Assembly (NCBI GenBank): GCA_964016885.1
Contig: OZ024743.1
Coordinates: 233,368,001 to 233,432,000, forward strand
Direction: 5' to 3'
From: Eledone cirrhosa
Lineage: Eukaryota
DNA length: 64,000 bases
Part shown: one piece after another, positions 13,076-25,434 of the stretch
Layout: each line of letters begins with the position of its first letter
Position numbering within the stretch: position 1 is the stretch's first letter
The notes under the pieces: generated by a model
What the model was told of the DNA's origin: nothing
What the model saw: the letters and a program-made list of their open reading frames with translations, nothing else
Database searches by the model: none
Translations under genes and position numbers: made by a program

Positions 13076-13382
13076 ATATATGTATATATATGTTAGTAGA
13101 TATGAATTCTTTATTATTATCTCCAAATTATTTGTCGAGCAATATTGGCCATGACTGCTGCTACTGTTGTAGGCAGGCCGCTGTCTTATTAGAAAACCAC
13201 TTTCCACTGATTGACCTCGATGTCACGTGTTCGATTCTTTTTGAATTTGCCACAGACGTAGAGGCAGTGATTTTCTCAATGGCTTGGAATTCAGTCCACG
13301 CTTCGCTATTTCCTATCCACTGAATTATTTTTTAATAAGTTTCCACTGTCCTCGCTTTGCCTGGAAACTTACATGAGAATAG

Positions 13383-13465
13383 ACTTTCCTGACGACGGAA
13401 TGCTTCTCTATATTATTCTTCGGAAAATATATTTACTCCATTCCAGAAACTAATTAGTTGGAAGT
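13383..13465 (+). ncRNA. Type I hammerhead motif with extended stem II
   Basis: actttc-CTGACGA-cggaatg..cattcca-GAAA-ctaattag-TT-ggaagt; 6 bp stem I, palindromic ACTAATTAGT stem III. Confidence 0.75.
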
Positions 13466-13519
13466 GATATTTTAGTAAGTAAGTTAATTTTATAATTTTC
13501 TTATTTTACGTCTCTTATA

Positions 13520-15240
13520 TATATATATATATATATATACATAAATACAAAAGAAATCTATATTAGTAGCATGACACAGTCCGTTCATCATATGAATCGA
13601 TCCGCTCTGTTATTGTGTCGTTTCTCCCTTTCCTTCTTGTTGTCCTGCTTCCTTTGGTTTTCAATATTGACCCTTACATCGTGGATTAGCCTCCGCCATA
13701 TTGGTCTGTCATCGACATAATGCCTCCAACAGTGAAGAATGTTACCTTCTTTTCAAAATATCTTTGATCGTGTCCTTATACCTCAAGAGAGGGCGTCCTA
13801 CATGTCGAACACCATCCACAAGCTCACCAAAAAGAAGTTTCGTTATAGGTCTACAATCATCCATGCAGATGACATGGCCAACCCATCTGAGTCTATTCCT
13901 TATGAGGATAGTTTCAATATCAGGAATCTTTGCACGTTTCAGTACCTTATTGTTTGTGTCAAAGTGGTCCCATTTGATGTTGAGAATGAACCTTAGGTGT
14001 CGTTGCTGAACTGTTCTTAACTGTCTTATGTAGGAACGATGGAGAGTCCACGTCTCACTTCCATACAGCAAGAGAGGGGTTACACATTGGTTATAAACTT
14101 TGGCTATAAAGGTTAGTCTCAGATGTCAGTTGCCTGGATTCAAAGACTCTCACTCTTAGTTTACCTACAGCACAAGAGGCAACTTGAATACGTGCACTAA
14201 GTTCATCTAGTTTACAGTCTTTGCTGACATAGCTGTCAAGATACTTAAAACATTCCATTCTGGCAAGTTTTTGCCCATCAATGAAAAAATCAACTTGCTC
14301 TCCGACACTCATTATTTCGGTCTTCTTAATGTTGATACGAAAGCCGTTTTCAATGAAACTGTGTTATATGCAGATAACAGCTGCTGTAGAGCAATGGGAT
14401 CATTGCAGAAAACAGCGATGTCATCAGCATATTAGGCCTCCCTTATGAAATCAAGTATCTTTGTCTTGGACTTGAGGAGACGAAGATAAAAAATATCCCC
14501 ATCATATTTAAAGCGTACTTTGATGCAGTGTGAGGAGCTGACTTCTATAAAGGCTATAAAGAACTGTACAGCAGCGTAGAACCCAAACAGTGTAGGGCAA
14601 GTTTTCAGACTTGCTTCACCCCACTATTTTAGTTGATGGGGTTCGATAATTCGCCATCTATAATAAACCTAGCATTCATATTTGACTATAGAGTCCTGAT
14701 GATATTAACAAATTTTGTTGGACAGCCAAACTTTCTCAGGATTTCGAAGAGTAGTTCTCGATTGTTTCATTCAAAAGCCTTGGTGAAGTCTATAAAGGCG
14801 ATGTGTAAATTACACTGCTGTTCTCTGCATTTCTCCATAATTTGACTTAAGGTGAAGATGCCATCTATAGTGTTTCTATTCCTCCTATATCCAGATTGTA
14901 ACTTAGGGTACAATTTTTCAGCAATCCGCTGTGGTCTCTGGAGTATGATGTCAGCAAAGAGTTTCCCAACCACATTAATCAATGCCACGGTAGTTTTCAC
15001 AAAGACTACGATCACCTTTCTTAAAAGGGATAGAAATGTTAGCATCAATAAAGTCAGATGGTAAGCTTTCTGAGATGCAGAACCGATTAAAAATAGAAAG
15101 CAGAGATGTTGTGAAGGCATTGCCACCATTAACTAAAACCTCTGGGATTAATTCATCAGGACCTGGACTCTTCCTGAGTTTAGTGTTTTTGAGTGCTGTC
15201 TAAAGTTCTTTCATGGTAATAGGGTTGTTAAATTCGTCAA
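13520..15240 (-). mobile_element. RTE-clade LINE, 5' truncated, degenerate RT
   Basis: ORF fragments QSGYRRNRNTIDGIFTLSQIMEKCREQQCNLHIAFIDFTKAF, YADDIA, FKYLDS, LYGSETWT, RLRWVGHV, LFGELVDGVRHVGRPLLRYKD; (TA)n tail. Confidence 0.88.
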
Positions 15241-15274
15241 TGATTGGTTGTTGCTCCATTTCATTATGTATACA

Positions 15275-15568
<294 letters not shown>

Positions 15569-17235
15569 TAACCAGCGTTCTGAATATCTAACACTTTAAT
15601 TGTAACTATCTCGGTCTAACGACCTATTTCTCTGCCCCTCCCTCTGTCTTTCTCTCTCTCTCAATCTCTCAATTGAGATGGGTGTGTGTGTAGTTTTCGT
15701 TTGAGTAAACGAGCCAAACAGCCAGCCAACTAGTGACAAGTGAATAAGCATAAATAAATAAATAACCCCCCGATGTAACGTATGCGCAAACCAAATACAG
15801 AGAACACAACACACAAAACAAGGTGATGTAGGATAGAACAAAGGAGAGACACAAAATAAGAAATCAGTCACTGAGGAAGTTATAGAATGTTTGACAAAAG
15901 AGCTTTGACAATATATAAAACAACCATCTGGTTAATAAACTAGACTAATAATAAACTAGACTACTCGTGACTTGTTGAGTCACCAATAGTTCAAAGTGCA
16001 CGAAAAAACCGCGTATCTCGGGAACCCATGGTCCAATTTACGCAAAACTTGTTTTATTCTGTTTATATTCCCATTTAAAGGTTATGTTACTTTCAGAGTA
16101 TTTTCTCATTATGCACCTTTTTGGCAATTTATGAAGGTTTGTAGCGTTATGTTACTTTCGGAGTATTTTTCCATTATGTGCCGTTTTGGCTATTTATGAA
16201 GGTACCCAGAGAACCCCATATTTCGGGATCCCGTCCTCCGTTTTACGCGAAATTTGTTTTATTCCATTTGTATTCCCATTTCAGGATCAACTACCTTTCA
16301 AATTATTTCCACATTATGTGCCCTTTTGGCTGTATTACATTACAGACAAGCAAACAAGCATTCACAGACTTTTAGTAGTATACTAGACCACCCGTGACCC
16401 GTTGGGTCAATTCACTTCAAAATATCTTTTTAAAATAATTTTTAAATAATTAAAATATACACAGACATGTATATAATGTGAAATAACCCAAATTATAATA
16501 ATATCTGCTTCTACACACTTTTTCAGATCCAGTTCATTAACAAAGAAGATATAGATGTTAAATTGCGTAATCCTAACTGTCTAAATCTTTGTGCTTTCTG
16601 CGTAGGGAGTTTTAATTAGGCGAATATAGAAAATGACGACGGCAATTATAAAACATTGAATGCATATATTTGCAGTAATATTTAGTAAACACAGCGAAAA
16701 ATCAATTCTATTTAAATAACTTATAAAAAGTTGACCAGTATTAAGTAAATTTATTCAATACTCTCGCATCCATTCTCACAAAACCTCTACTTCTGGTGAC
16801 ATCTTTCTCAATTCATTGCTACATTTTTCTACCGCCCCAAATCTCACATCAATTTTAATTATGTTTCTAACAATCTCCCTTAGGCTCTTCTGTCAACTGA
16901 TGTTTAGGTAGTTATATCCCAAACAAGTCTTCTCTCTCGTTTATAAATATACCATATCGATCACCACTACTATAATCTTATAATGTCATCAGTTAATGTT
17001 ACATTAACTATCTCCCTCAACCTCTCATTGGTCACATTACAATATTCTACATACGACTTCCTGTTCAAGAGCTAGGAATTTAACATCAAATGTATTGCTA
17101 CTCAACCAAGGTTAACGTCTACAGTATAATATTAATTTAACCAAAGATATTAAAATCTTTACTTTGGTGTGTGTCGAGAAACAGTTCGGTTTCACGAAAT
17201 ACAGAGCACAAACATTTACACATTATTAGAAATAG

Positions 17236-17675
17236 TTATGACCCTTTGCGTTCTGAGTTCAAATCCGCCGAGGTCGATAAAATAAAGTACCAGTACCAGT
17301 AATGCACTGGGATAATTGATGGCCTTGTGCCAAAAGTAGAAAGAATTATTAGAAATAAATAATTGTTTCTACTTTTGGCACAAGGCCAGCAATTATCCCA
17401 GTGCATTACTGGTACTTTATTTTATCGACCCCGTAAGGATGAAAGGCAAAGTTAACCTCGGCGGAATTTGAACTCAGAATGGCAAGGGCCGTAACTCTAT
17501 GCGTAAAAGCATGGCGTCCGACTCTCTACCGATACTGCCAATCCACCACCCTAGAGTTCAAATTCCACTGAGGTTTACTTTGCCTGTCATCCTTACGGGG
17601 TCGATAAAATAAAGTACCAGTAATGTACTGGATAATTGCTGGCCTTGTGCCAAAAGTAGAAACAATTATTAGAAA
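17236..17675. mobile_element. Cluster of three SINE copies (+ 17236-17355, - 17358-17547, + 17554-17675)
   Basis: Same SINE core in alternating orientations. Confidence 0.85.
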
Positions 17676-17914
17676 TAAATTATTGATCATATGCAAAAGA
17701 GAATGATTGCCTTTTATTATCAGATACCATAAAGATACTGATGAAAAGGCCAAGAAAAGGATATATGCACGTGACATTTGGAATTGCCGTGCCTCGGGTG
17801 CCCTCTCTTCACAATGGTTTCGGGGTCCAGTCATGGCTACCACCGTATAATCATGGCTACCACTGCATTTTTTAACTGGCCTTTCATTCACGCATTGCTC
17901 ACTAAACTACTTAC

Positions 17915-18400
17915 AATAGCTCGGTTCCCTCAGCACGACGCCGTAACCGATGTCATCAGAAGGTGCTTGACACAGCCGGTTTCCCATCACAACTGTAGCC
18001 TGCTGGCTTCGACCACCATGTTGGCAAGCACACAAACAGGAAAGCCTTTTTCTCGTTCTCGTGATGTGATACGTTCTCTGCCTTCAAATTTGTCACTTCA
18101 GTCAGAAACACGAGCTCTATCACCCGAAGCACAAATGAGAGGAAGACAGCTAAATACTGGAATTTGAAAGATCGCTTCCTTTTCTTACCGGTTGCTGTCA
18201 AAACCTCTGGCGTGCAGGTCTCCGAATCGCCGTTACTTTTTGAAATATTGGGAGAGCACATCCAGTTCAAGGAAGAATCCCCGTAATGTGCAGTGGCTGA
18301 TGTAGCGAATGTCGCTGTCTGTTCTCTGCGGTAATGTCTTTGTCATTTCTTCAGCGGGACGCAGCTGAGATATACTGCATCGACTAGGCTGTAAAGTCTG
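17915..18400 (+). pseudogene. CRE-like non-LTR element, C-terminal restriction-like endonuclease relic
   Basis: RFPQHDAVTDVIRRCL / AGFPSQL*P / CDTF / ERKTAKY..L...FLFLPVAVKTSG / RMSLSVLCGN across frameshifts. Confidence 0.65.
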
Positions 18401-18554
18401 CAGCTTCTTTTCTTTTTCTCTCTACTTTCTTATTTTTTTCGTTATTTTTCTTATTACAAATATTATATAATTTAATTGAAATTTGTTGCATAAAACTGTA
18501 TAGTGGTCAATGTATATAAAACAGAATTCCAAGATACCAGAAGTATTATGGCAT

Positions 18555-18742
18555 TATTAATTGGCACTATCGGTAGAACGTCAGACACCATGCTTCGCGG
18601 CATTGAGTTACGGCCTTTATGTTCTGAGTTCAAATCCCGTCGAGGTTAGCTTCGCCTTTCATGTTTACGGGGTCGATAAAATAAAGTACCAGTAATGCAC
18701 TGGGGTAAATGCTGGCATTGTGCCAAAGGTAGAAACAATTAT
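18555..18742 (+). mobile_element. tRNA-derived SINE
   Basis: Same family as 15275-15462. Confidence 0.85.
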
Positions 18743-19100
18743 TTAAAATAATCTACTGATCCTGTATCACTTTCTTAAAGTTTATAATTTTGATTCAGAC
18801 TATTTCCTATCTCAGTAATGTTGGTGTAACAAACAGTTTGTCTTCCAGTCACAAGGACCTATGTTCTTCAGTTGTTCTTGTTAATAGTTATTTCTCCAAA
18901 GATACTCATACATTCAATTCTGTATGTCATTTGTACATATATCAGGGCCGGTGGAAACATTTCTGAATGGGGGTGGATGGGTGGGGTAAAGTCCACCATC
19001 AACACCACACTGCTACCACCACCACTACCACCACCACCACCACACTGAACCACAACTGCTTCCGGACCCAAAACGGGCTTACAGCACTTTTGTCGACCAT

Positions 19101-19751
19101 GTGGACCACCGAAAAAGAGGTATCTTCTTCCTGGATGCACCTGGAGGTACAGGGAAAACTTTTGTAACGAAGCTCCTCCTTGAAAAAGTTAGGCAGCATA
19201 GGGTTATCGCGGTAGCTGTTGCCTCCTCTGGGATTGCTGCTACTTTGCTGCCCTGTAGCAGGACAGCGCACTCGACTTTTAAACTCCCCCTGAATTTAGC
19301 AACATCTGAAACGCCTAACTGTAACATCAATAAAAGCTCAGACCAGGGTCAGGTCCTCAAATGGTATCATCTCATTGTGTGGGATGAGTGCACCATGGCC
19401 CACAAAGGCGCTCTGGAAGTAGTAGATACAACCCTTAAATATATCAGAGATTGTCATGCTCCAATGGGAGGTGTAACGCTTCTGTTGTCTGGTGAATTCA
19501 GACAGACTCTTCCTGTCATTCCCAAAGGTACCAGGGAAGATGAAGTCCAGGCGTGCCTTAAATCCTCCCCATTGTGGCGACACGTTACGACCCTGACTCT
19601 TACCACTAACATGAGAGCTCAACTACACGGTGGCCACATGTCCGCCAGGTTTCCACAGGACATTTTGACACTTGGCGATGGCAAGGTGCCTCTCGACGCT
19701 GCCGGAGAAATGGACGTCTGGCCATTTTGTATCATTGTTAATCATTGTTAA
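19101..19751 (+). pseudogene. Helitron Pif1-family helicase fragment
   Basis: FFLDAPGGTGKT, VASSGIAATLL, LIVWDECTM, GEFRQTLPVIP, LTTNMR; ends at a microsatellite, no Rep domain. Confidence 0.9.
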
Positions 19752-19774
19752 ATATGTGTGTGTGTGTCTACACA

Positions 19775-19871
<97 letters not shown>

Positions 19872-19956
19872 CTGTGTGTGTTTATACACACACACAAATA
19901 TATATATATATATATATATATCCAGGGTGTGTAACTTGGAGTTACCATTACAAGGA

Positions 19957-20039
19957 GTCTGACGAGCTGCGGATTACAGAGTCAGGTCAGATCGATACAG
20001 ATCGAACCTTGAGCTGATCAGTGGCGAACCGCGCGTTAC
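19957..20039 (+). ncRNA. Degenerate hammerhead motif with long stem II
   Basis: gt-CTGACGA-gctgc..(50 nt)..gtggc-GAAC-cgcgcg-TT-ac; in a 180 bp cassette between (TA)n and (CT)n. Confidence 0.55.
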
Positions 20040-20105
20040 CAACCAATAAACGTATCACGAGTTCTAATTTCATTCAACCACTCAACCACCTCAGTCTCTA
20101 TTCTA

Positions 20106-20236
<131 letters not shown>

Positions 20237-20809
20237 GGGAGGAGGTTATAGTTCACTTGAAGCATTGTGTAATGAGGTATAAACGTTAGAATATGTGTAA
20301 TAAGGCCAAGACAATGCAGATATGGACATAGAAAAAGAATGCAATAGTGAGAGATATTGGTGAGAATTAGTCTTTCACCTTGAATTTATTTAAATGTCCT
20401 TAATTTTCGAGATAATATCTCTTCTTCGGAGGGAAGTAAAAGTCTCAGACCAGCGTCTAAATTTCCAATGAAGCCATGCTGACCGGAAATAGTATAGAGT
20501 TCTAACTTTAATATCAAAGAATTAAAATTAGGTGGGTAAAGAGTAGTCTCCCTTTAAGAGGGGTTTGTTTATGTTTTTGTTGTGTTATGTAAATTTTATA
20601 TGCGTGCCTGTATATGTGTGTGGGAGAAAGCATGAAGGTGTAGGTATGTGTGTGTGTGTGAGTGTGGGAAGATAGGTCTAATCGTAAAAGTGGGGGGTAG
20701 GTGTTATCTGGTGTTAGAACTGGTTTTGTGTGTGTATGTGTGAGAGAGAATAAGTGGGGGTGTGTGCGTGCGTGTGTGTGGGGTGTGTAAAGTGGGGCTA
20801 GAGGCCCTA

Positions 20810-23392
20810 TCAGGTTATAAATTGGGTGTTGAGCTCTAGTCTATTATTGATTGGTGGATGTGTTCTATCTATAATGAGTGCTTCCTTGATTCTAAGATTA
20901 CCGAGGTTTCTTTCTTTAGTTTCTATCCTAACTGTTATGTTTTTATCAGTGTTTTTGCATTTAACTAGGTGTTTCTTAAATGAGGAAGCGTTAGTATTGA
21001 GGTGTTCTTTTATTCTTATGTGGAGTGGTCTGGTGGTGCTACCTACGTAGAAGTTGTTGCATTTGTCACACTCTAGTCTGTAAACTACGTAAGCCTGGTG
21101 GCATAGGTCTGTGTCGTTGATGGGGCAGTTGGCTAGTCTGCAGCAGTTGTCATGTCTGGTGGAGTGTCTCTTAGCTAGCCGTCCACGCAAAGAAGGACCC
21201 GAATGGGCCAGTTGAATATCCAGACCTTCTCGTCTGATGGCTCTGCGGATGGCTGTTGTTGTTTCTTCACTGAAGTGTGGGAGCTTCAGGAAGCAAGTGT
21301 TAGTGCCTCGGGTGTGGTGTCCTCTGTTCTTTCTGGCACGGTTTGTGGTGGATGTCGTGTATCCGTTCAGTTTGAGTACTTCCAGGAAATGTGTGGTGTG
21401 TGTGTCTCGGTCTCTGGCGTCGGTGCATTTGTTCTTGATACGTGCCAGTTCGTTCTTTATGTATCCGAACTTGGCACCGAGTGGGAGGGCCGATCTGAAA
21501 TGTACGAACAGGTCCCTGCTGGCGGATTTTTTATAGAAGCAGGTGTGGATGTTGCCTTCCTCTGTTACCCTGAGTTGGAAGTCCAGCAGGGATAGGGATC
21601 CGCGGTCATCGGGGTGTTCAATGCTGAACTTTATACTGGCGTCCATGCTGGAGAATGTTGTGTATATTTTCTCTGCCTCTTCACGGGATGATGTAAGGAT
21701 GAGTATGTCATCTACATATCGGGTGAAGAAGGCATGGGAATGGCAGGTGTTGAGGGCTCGGCATTCTAGCTGGTTCATGTAAGTGATGGCCAGCAGGCCA
21801 GAGAGGCTGGATCCCATGGGTAATCCTGTTGTCTGTCTGTATGTGTGGTGGTGGAAGGTGAAGTACGTGTTGTCTACCGTGAAGGACAAAAGTTGGTGTA
21901 TGTCCGTCGGGTGGAGGCCGTAGCAGTGGATGTTCTCTGCGACCACGCAGTCCGTCAATAAATCGACAGCTGGGTGAGCGGGGACTGTAGTGTAGAGGGA
22001 GACAACGTCGAGGCTAAAAGCGTATTTATTAAGTTTAAGTTGTTCTGGCTGGAGTTGGTGTAATCTACGTATAACTTCGTCGGAGCTACTGACATGTCCG
22101 GGGAAGGTGGAGAGTAGAGGCTTGAGGACCTGGGAGAGAAGCCAGGAAATTTTGTATAGGGGTCCTTCTATGCTAGAGACGATGGGTCTTATATGCGTCT
22201 TAGTGCTATTCTTGTGGGTCTTGATGAGGTGGTAGAAAGTGGGCAGTCTGCTATTTCTAGTGGTGTAGTTGAGTTTAATTTTATTCGGGAGTTGTCTTCT
22301 CCTACAGATATCGAACCAAATGGAGTTGGTCTGTTTTTCGATTTGGGCTGCGGTCATGTCCGGGATCACTGTGTACAGTTCACTGTCGCTTAGGTGTTCG
22401 AAGGCTAGGTTATTGTATGTGGCTTGAGAGATGACGCAGAACTCTTTACCTTTGTCGGATGGTAAGTAAATAAGTTCCTTATTCCGTAGGTTCTTCAGGG
22501 CGAGTTGTTGTGTCCTGGAGAGGTTAGGGGCCATCTTCTTCTGTTTCCGTAAGATGTTAAATACGGAATGTTTTAGTCTCGAGAGTTTATCTTCCAGCTC
22601 GCGGTTGGCGGGCGGTGGATAGAGTGGGCGATCTAGTTGGTATATCGGGAATCTGGGTGTGGTGGATTCCGTGGTGTTGTTGTCGAGAGTCGATATCCAT
22701 TTCAGTTGGTAGGCAGCTCGACAGAAATTCGTTTCTATGTCGAGCCATAGTCTGTCGTCCAGTCTCTGTTTCAATATGAATTTGGGACCCAGGCTGAGGA
22801 GGTCTAATTCCTCTCGGGAGAGGGATCCTGTCAAGTCTGTGACGAGGTGTTTTGCGTCAGGTGTGTTGTTGGTCGGGGTGCCGCTAGGTTCGGTGTTGGT
22901 AACGTATTGTTCGCCTCTGTTGGTGTTTGGCGTTGGGATGTTGTTAAGACAGTTGGCCGTCCTGAGTTTGAGAAATTTTTGTGTTAGGCGTTTTTTCTCG
23001 TAGTCTCGGCGGTGGTGGTATGACCTGTCTATAGTGGCGGAGATGACCTTGGACAGAGGTTCTGGGGTTTCAGCGAGTTGTGGTACAAGGCTGGAGATAG
23101 TCCGTATGTGATGTTGTAGCGTGCGGTGTAGGTGTTGTATGAGTTTTCTTAGGCAGAATTTTTGTATGTAACTGAGAGATCGTTTGAGGCCTGGTGAATT
23201 GAAGAATGTTGGTAGGTGTAAATTTTTGATGGTTTTGGGAATGATGTTGTTGTTCAGGCATCGTTTTAGGAAATTTATTTGGCAGCCGGCTTTGGCGCGC
23301 TTTTCAGATAGCTGGAAGAGTTTCTTTACAGTTGTGAACTGGGCCTGGCTCAGGCGTAATGAAAGGAGGAGGTTATAGTTCACTTGAAGCAT
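20810..23392 (-). CDS. PLE polyprotein, RT + GIY-YIG endonuclease, 860 aa, intact
   Basis: SDKG, FYHLIKTHK, IRPIVS, SLDVVSLYT, GLPMGS, RYVDD, VVYRLECDKCNNFYVGSTTRPLHIRIKEH, KEALII..HPPIN. Confidence 0.95.
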   Translation of the reverse strand: MLQVNYNLLLSLRLSQAQFTTVKKLFQLSEKRAKAGCQINFLKRCLNNNIIPKTIKNLHLPTFFNSPGLKRSLSYIQKFCLRKLIQHLHRTLQHHIRTISSLVPQLAETPEPLSKVISATIDRSYHHRRDYEKKRLTQKFLKLRTANCLNNIPTPNTNRGEQYVTNTEPSGTPTNNTPDAKHLVTDLTGSLSREELDLLSLGPKFILKQRLDDRLWLDIETNFCRAAYQLKWISTLDNNTTESTTPRFPIYQLDRPLYPPPANRELEDKLSRLKHSVFNILRKQKKMAPNLSRTQQLALKNLRNKELIYLPSDKGKEFCVISQATYNNLAFEHLSDSELYTVIPDMTAAQIEKQTNSIWFDICRRRQLPNKIKLNYTTRNSRLPTFYHLIKTHKNSTKTHIRPIVSSIEGPLYKISWLLSQVLKPLLSTFPGHVSSSDEVIRRLHQLQPEQLKLNKYAFSLDVVSLYTTVPAHPAVDLLTDCVVAENIHCYGLHPTDIHQLLSFTVDNTYFTFHHHTYRQTTGLPMGSSLSGLLAITYMNQLECRALNTCHSHAFFTRYVDDILILTSSREEAEKIYTTFSSMDASIKFSIEHPDDRGSLSLLDFQLRVTEEGNIHTCFYKKSASRDLFVHFRSALPLGAKFGYIKNELARIKNKCTDARDRDTHTTHFLEVLKLNGYTTSTTNRARKNRGHHTRGTNTCFLKLPHFSEETTTAIRRAIRREGLDIQLAHSGPSLRGRLAKRHSTRHDNCCRLANCPINDTDLCHQAYVVYRLECDKCNNFYVGSTTRPLHIRIKEHLNTNASSFKKHLVKCKNTDKNITVRIETKERNLGNLRIKEALIIDRTHPPINNRLELNTQFIT

Positions 23393-24236
23393 TGTGTAAT
23401 GAGGTATAAACGTTAGAATATGTGTAATAAGGCCAAGACAATGCAGATATGGACATAGAAAAAGAATGCAATAGTGAGAGATATTGGTGAGAATTAGTCT
23501 TTCACCTTGAATTTATTTAAATGTCCTTAATTTTCGAGATAATATCTCTTCTTCGGAGGGAAGTAAAAGTCTCAGACCAGCGTCTAAATTTCCAATGAAG
23601 CCATGCTGACCGGAAATAGTATAGAGTTCTAACTTTAATATCAAAGAATTAAAATTAGGTGGGTAAAGAGTAGTCTCCCTTTAAGAGGGGTTTGTTTATG
23701 TTTTTGTTGTGTTATGTAAATTTTATATGCGTGCCTGTATATGTGTGTGGGAGAAAGCATGAAGGTGTAGGTATGTGTGTGTGTGTGAGTGTGGGAAGAT
23801 AGGTCTAATCGTAAAAGTGGGGGGTAGGTGTTATCTGGTGTTAGAACTGGTTTTGTGTGTGTATGTGTGAGAGAGAATAAGTGGGGGTGTGTGCGTGCGT
23901 GTGTGTGGGGTGTGTAAAGTGGGGCTAGAGGCCCTATCAGGTTATAAATTGGGTGTTGAGCTCTAGTCTATTATTGATTGGTGGATGTGTTCTATCTATA
24001 ATGAGTGCTTCCTTGATTCTAAGATTACCGAGGTTTCTTTCTTTAGTTTCTATCCTAACTGTTATGTTTTTATCAGTGTTTTTGCATTTAACTAGGTGTT
24101 TCTTAAATGAGGAAGCGTTAGTATTGAGGTGTTCTTTTATTCTTATGTGGAGTGGTCTGGTGGTGCTACCTACGTAGAAGTTGTTGCATTTGTCACACTC
24201 TAGTCTGTAAACTACGTAAGCCTGGTGGCATAGGTC

Positions 24237-25434
24237 TACATAAAGAACGAACTGGCACGTATCAAGAACAAATGCACCGACGCCAGAGACCGAGACACAC
24301 ACACCACACATTTCCTGGAAGTACTCAAACTGAACGGATACACGACATCCACCACAAACCGTGCCAGAAAGAACAGAGGACACCACACCCGAGGCACTAA
24401 CACTTGCTTCCTGAAGCTCCCACACTTCAGTGAAGAAACAACAACAGCCATCCGCAGAGCCATCAGACGAGAAGGTCTGGATATTCAACTGGCCCATTCG
24501 GGTCCTTCTTTGCGTGGACGGCTAGCTAAGAGACACTCCACCAGACATGACAACTGCTGCAGACTAGCCAACTGCCCCATCAACGACACAGACCTATGCC
24601 ACCAGGCTTACGTAGTTTACAGACTAGAGTGTGACAAATGCAACAACTTCTACGTAGGTAGCACCACCAGACCACTCCACATAAGAATAAAAGAACACCT
24701 CAATACTAACGCTTCCTCATTTAAGAAACACCTAGTTAAATGCAAAAACACTGATAAAAACATAACAGTTAGGATAGAAACTAAAGAAAGAAACCTCGGT
24801 AATCTTAGAATCAAGGAAGCACTCATTATAGATAGAACACATCCACCAATCAATAATAGACTAGAGCTCAACACCCAATTTATAACCTGATAGGGCCTCT
24901 AGCCCCACTTTACACACCCCACACACACGCACGCACACACCCCCACTTATTCTCTCTCACACATACACACACAAAACCAGTTCTAACACCAGATAACACC
25001 TACCCCCCACTTTTACGATTAGACCTATCTTCCCACACTCACACACACACACATACCTACACCTTCATGCTTTCTCCCACACACATATACAGGCACGCAT
25101 ATAAAATTTACATAACACAACAAAAACATAAACAAACCCCTCTTAAAGGGAGACTACTCTTTACCCACCTAATTTTAATTCTTTGATATTAAAGTTAGAA
25201 CTCTATACTATTTCCGGTCAGCATGGCTTCATTGGAAATTTAGACGCTGGTCTGAGACTTTTACTTCCCTCCGAAGAAGAGATATTATCTCGAAAATTAA
25301 GGACATTTAAATAAATTCAAGGTGAAAGACTAATTCTCACCAATATCTCTCACTATTGCATTCTTTTTCTATGTCCATATCTGCATTGTCTTGGCCTTAT
25401 TACACATATTCTAACGTTTATACCTCATTACACA
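24237..25434 (+). repeat. Upstream pseudo-LTR (ORF 3' end + 544 nt UTR)
   Basis: Direct repeat of 27364-28549; minus-strand counterpart at 23393-24237. Confidence 0.92.
25268..25302 (+). ncRNA. Minimal type I hammerhead in pLTR (U4C core variant)
   Basis: cct-CCGAAGA-a-gagat/att/atctc-GAAA-at-TA-agg with AATT palindrome; identical copies at 28395-28429 (+), 23525-23559 (-), 20398-20432 (-). Confidence 0.68.

Noticed and set aside
19101-19751. Host PIF1 gene
   Set aside because: Intronless fragment closely resembling the Helitron helicase at 52764-53207 and truncated by microsatellites
23937-24497. 186 aa stand-alone GIY-YIG gene
   Set aside because: Chimeric frame across the inversion junction at 24237: antisense PLE sequence fused to the endonuclease end; 24510-24890 is likewise just the pLTR copy of the ORF end
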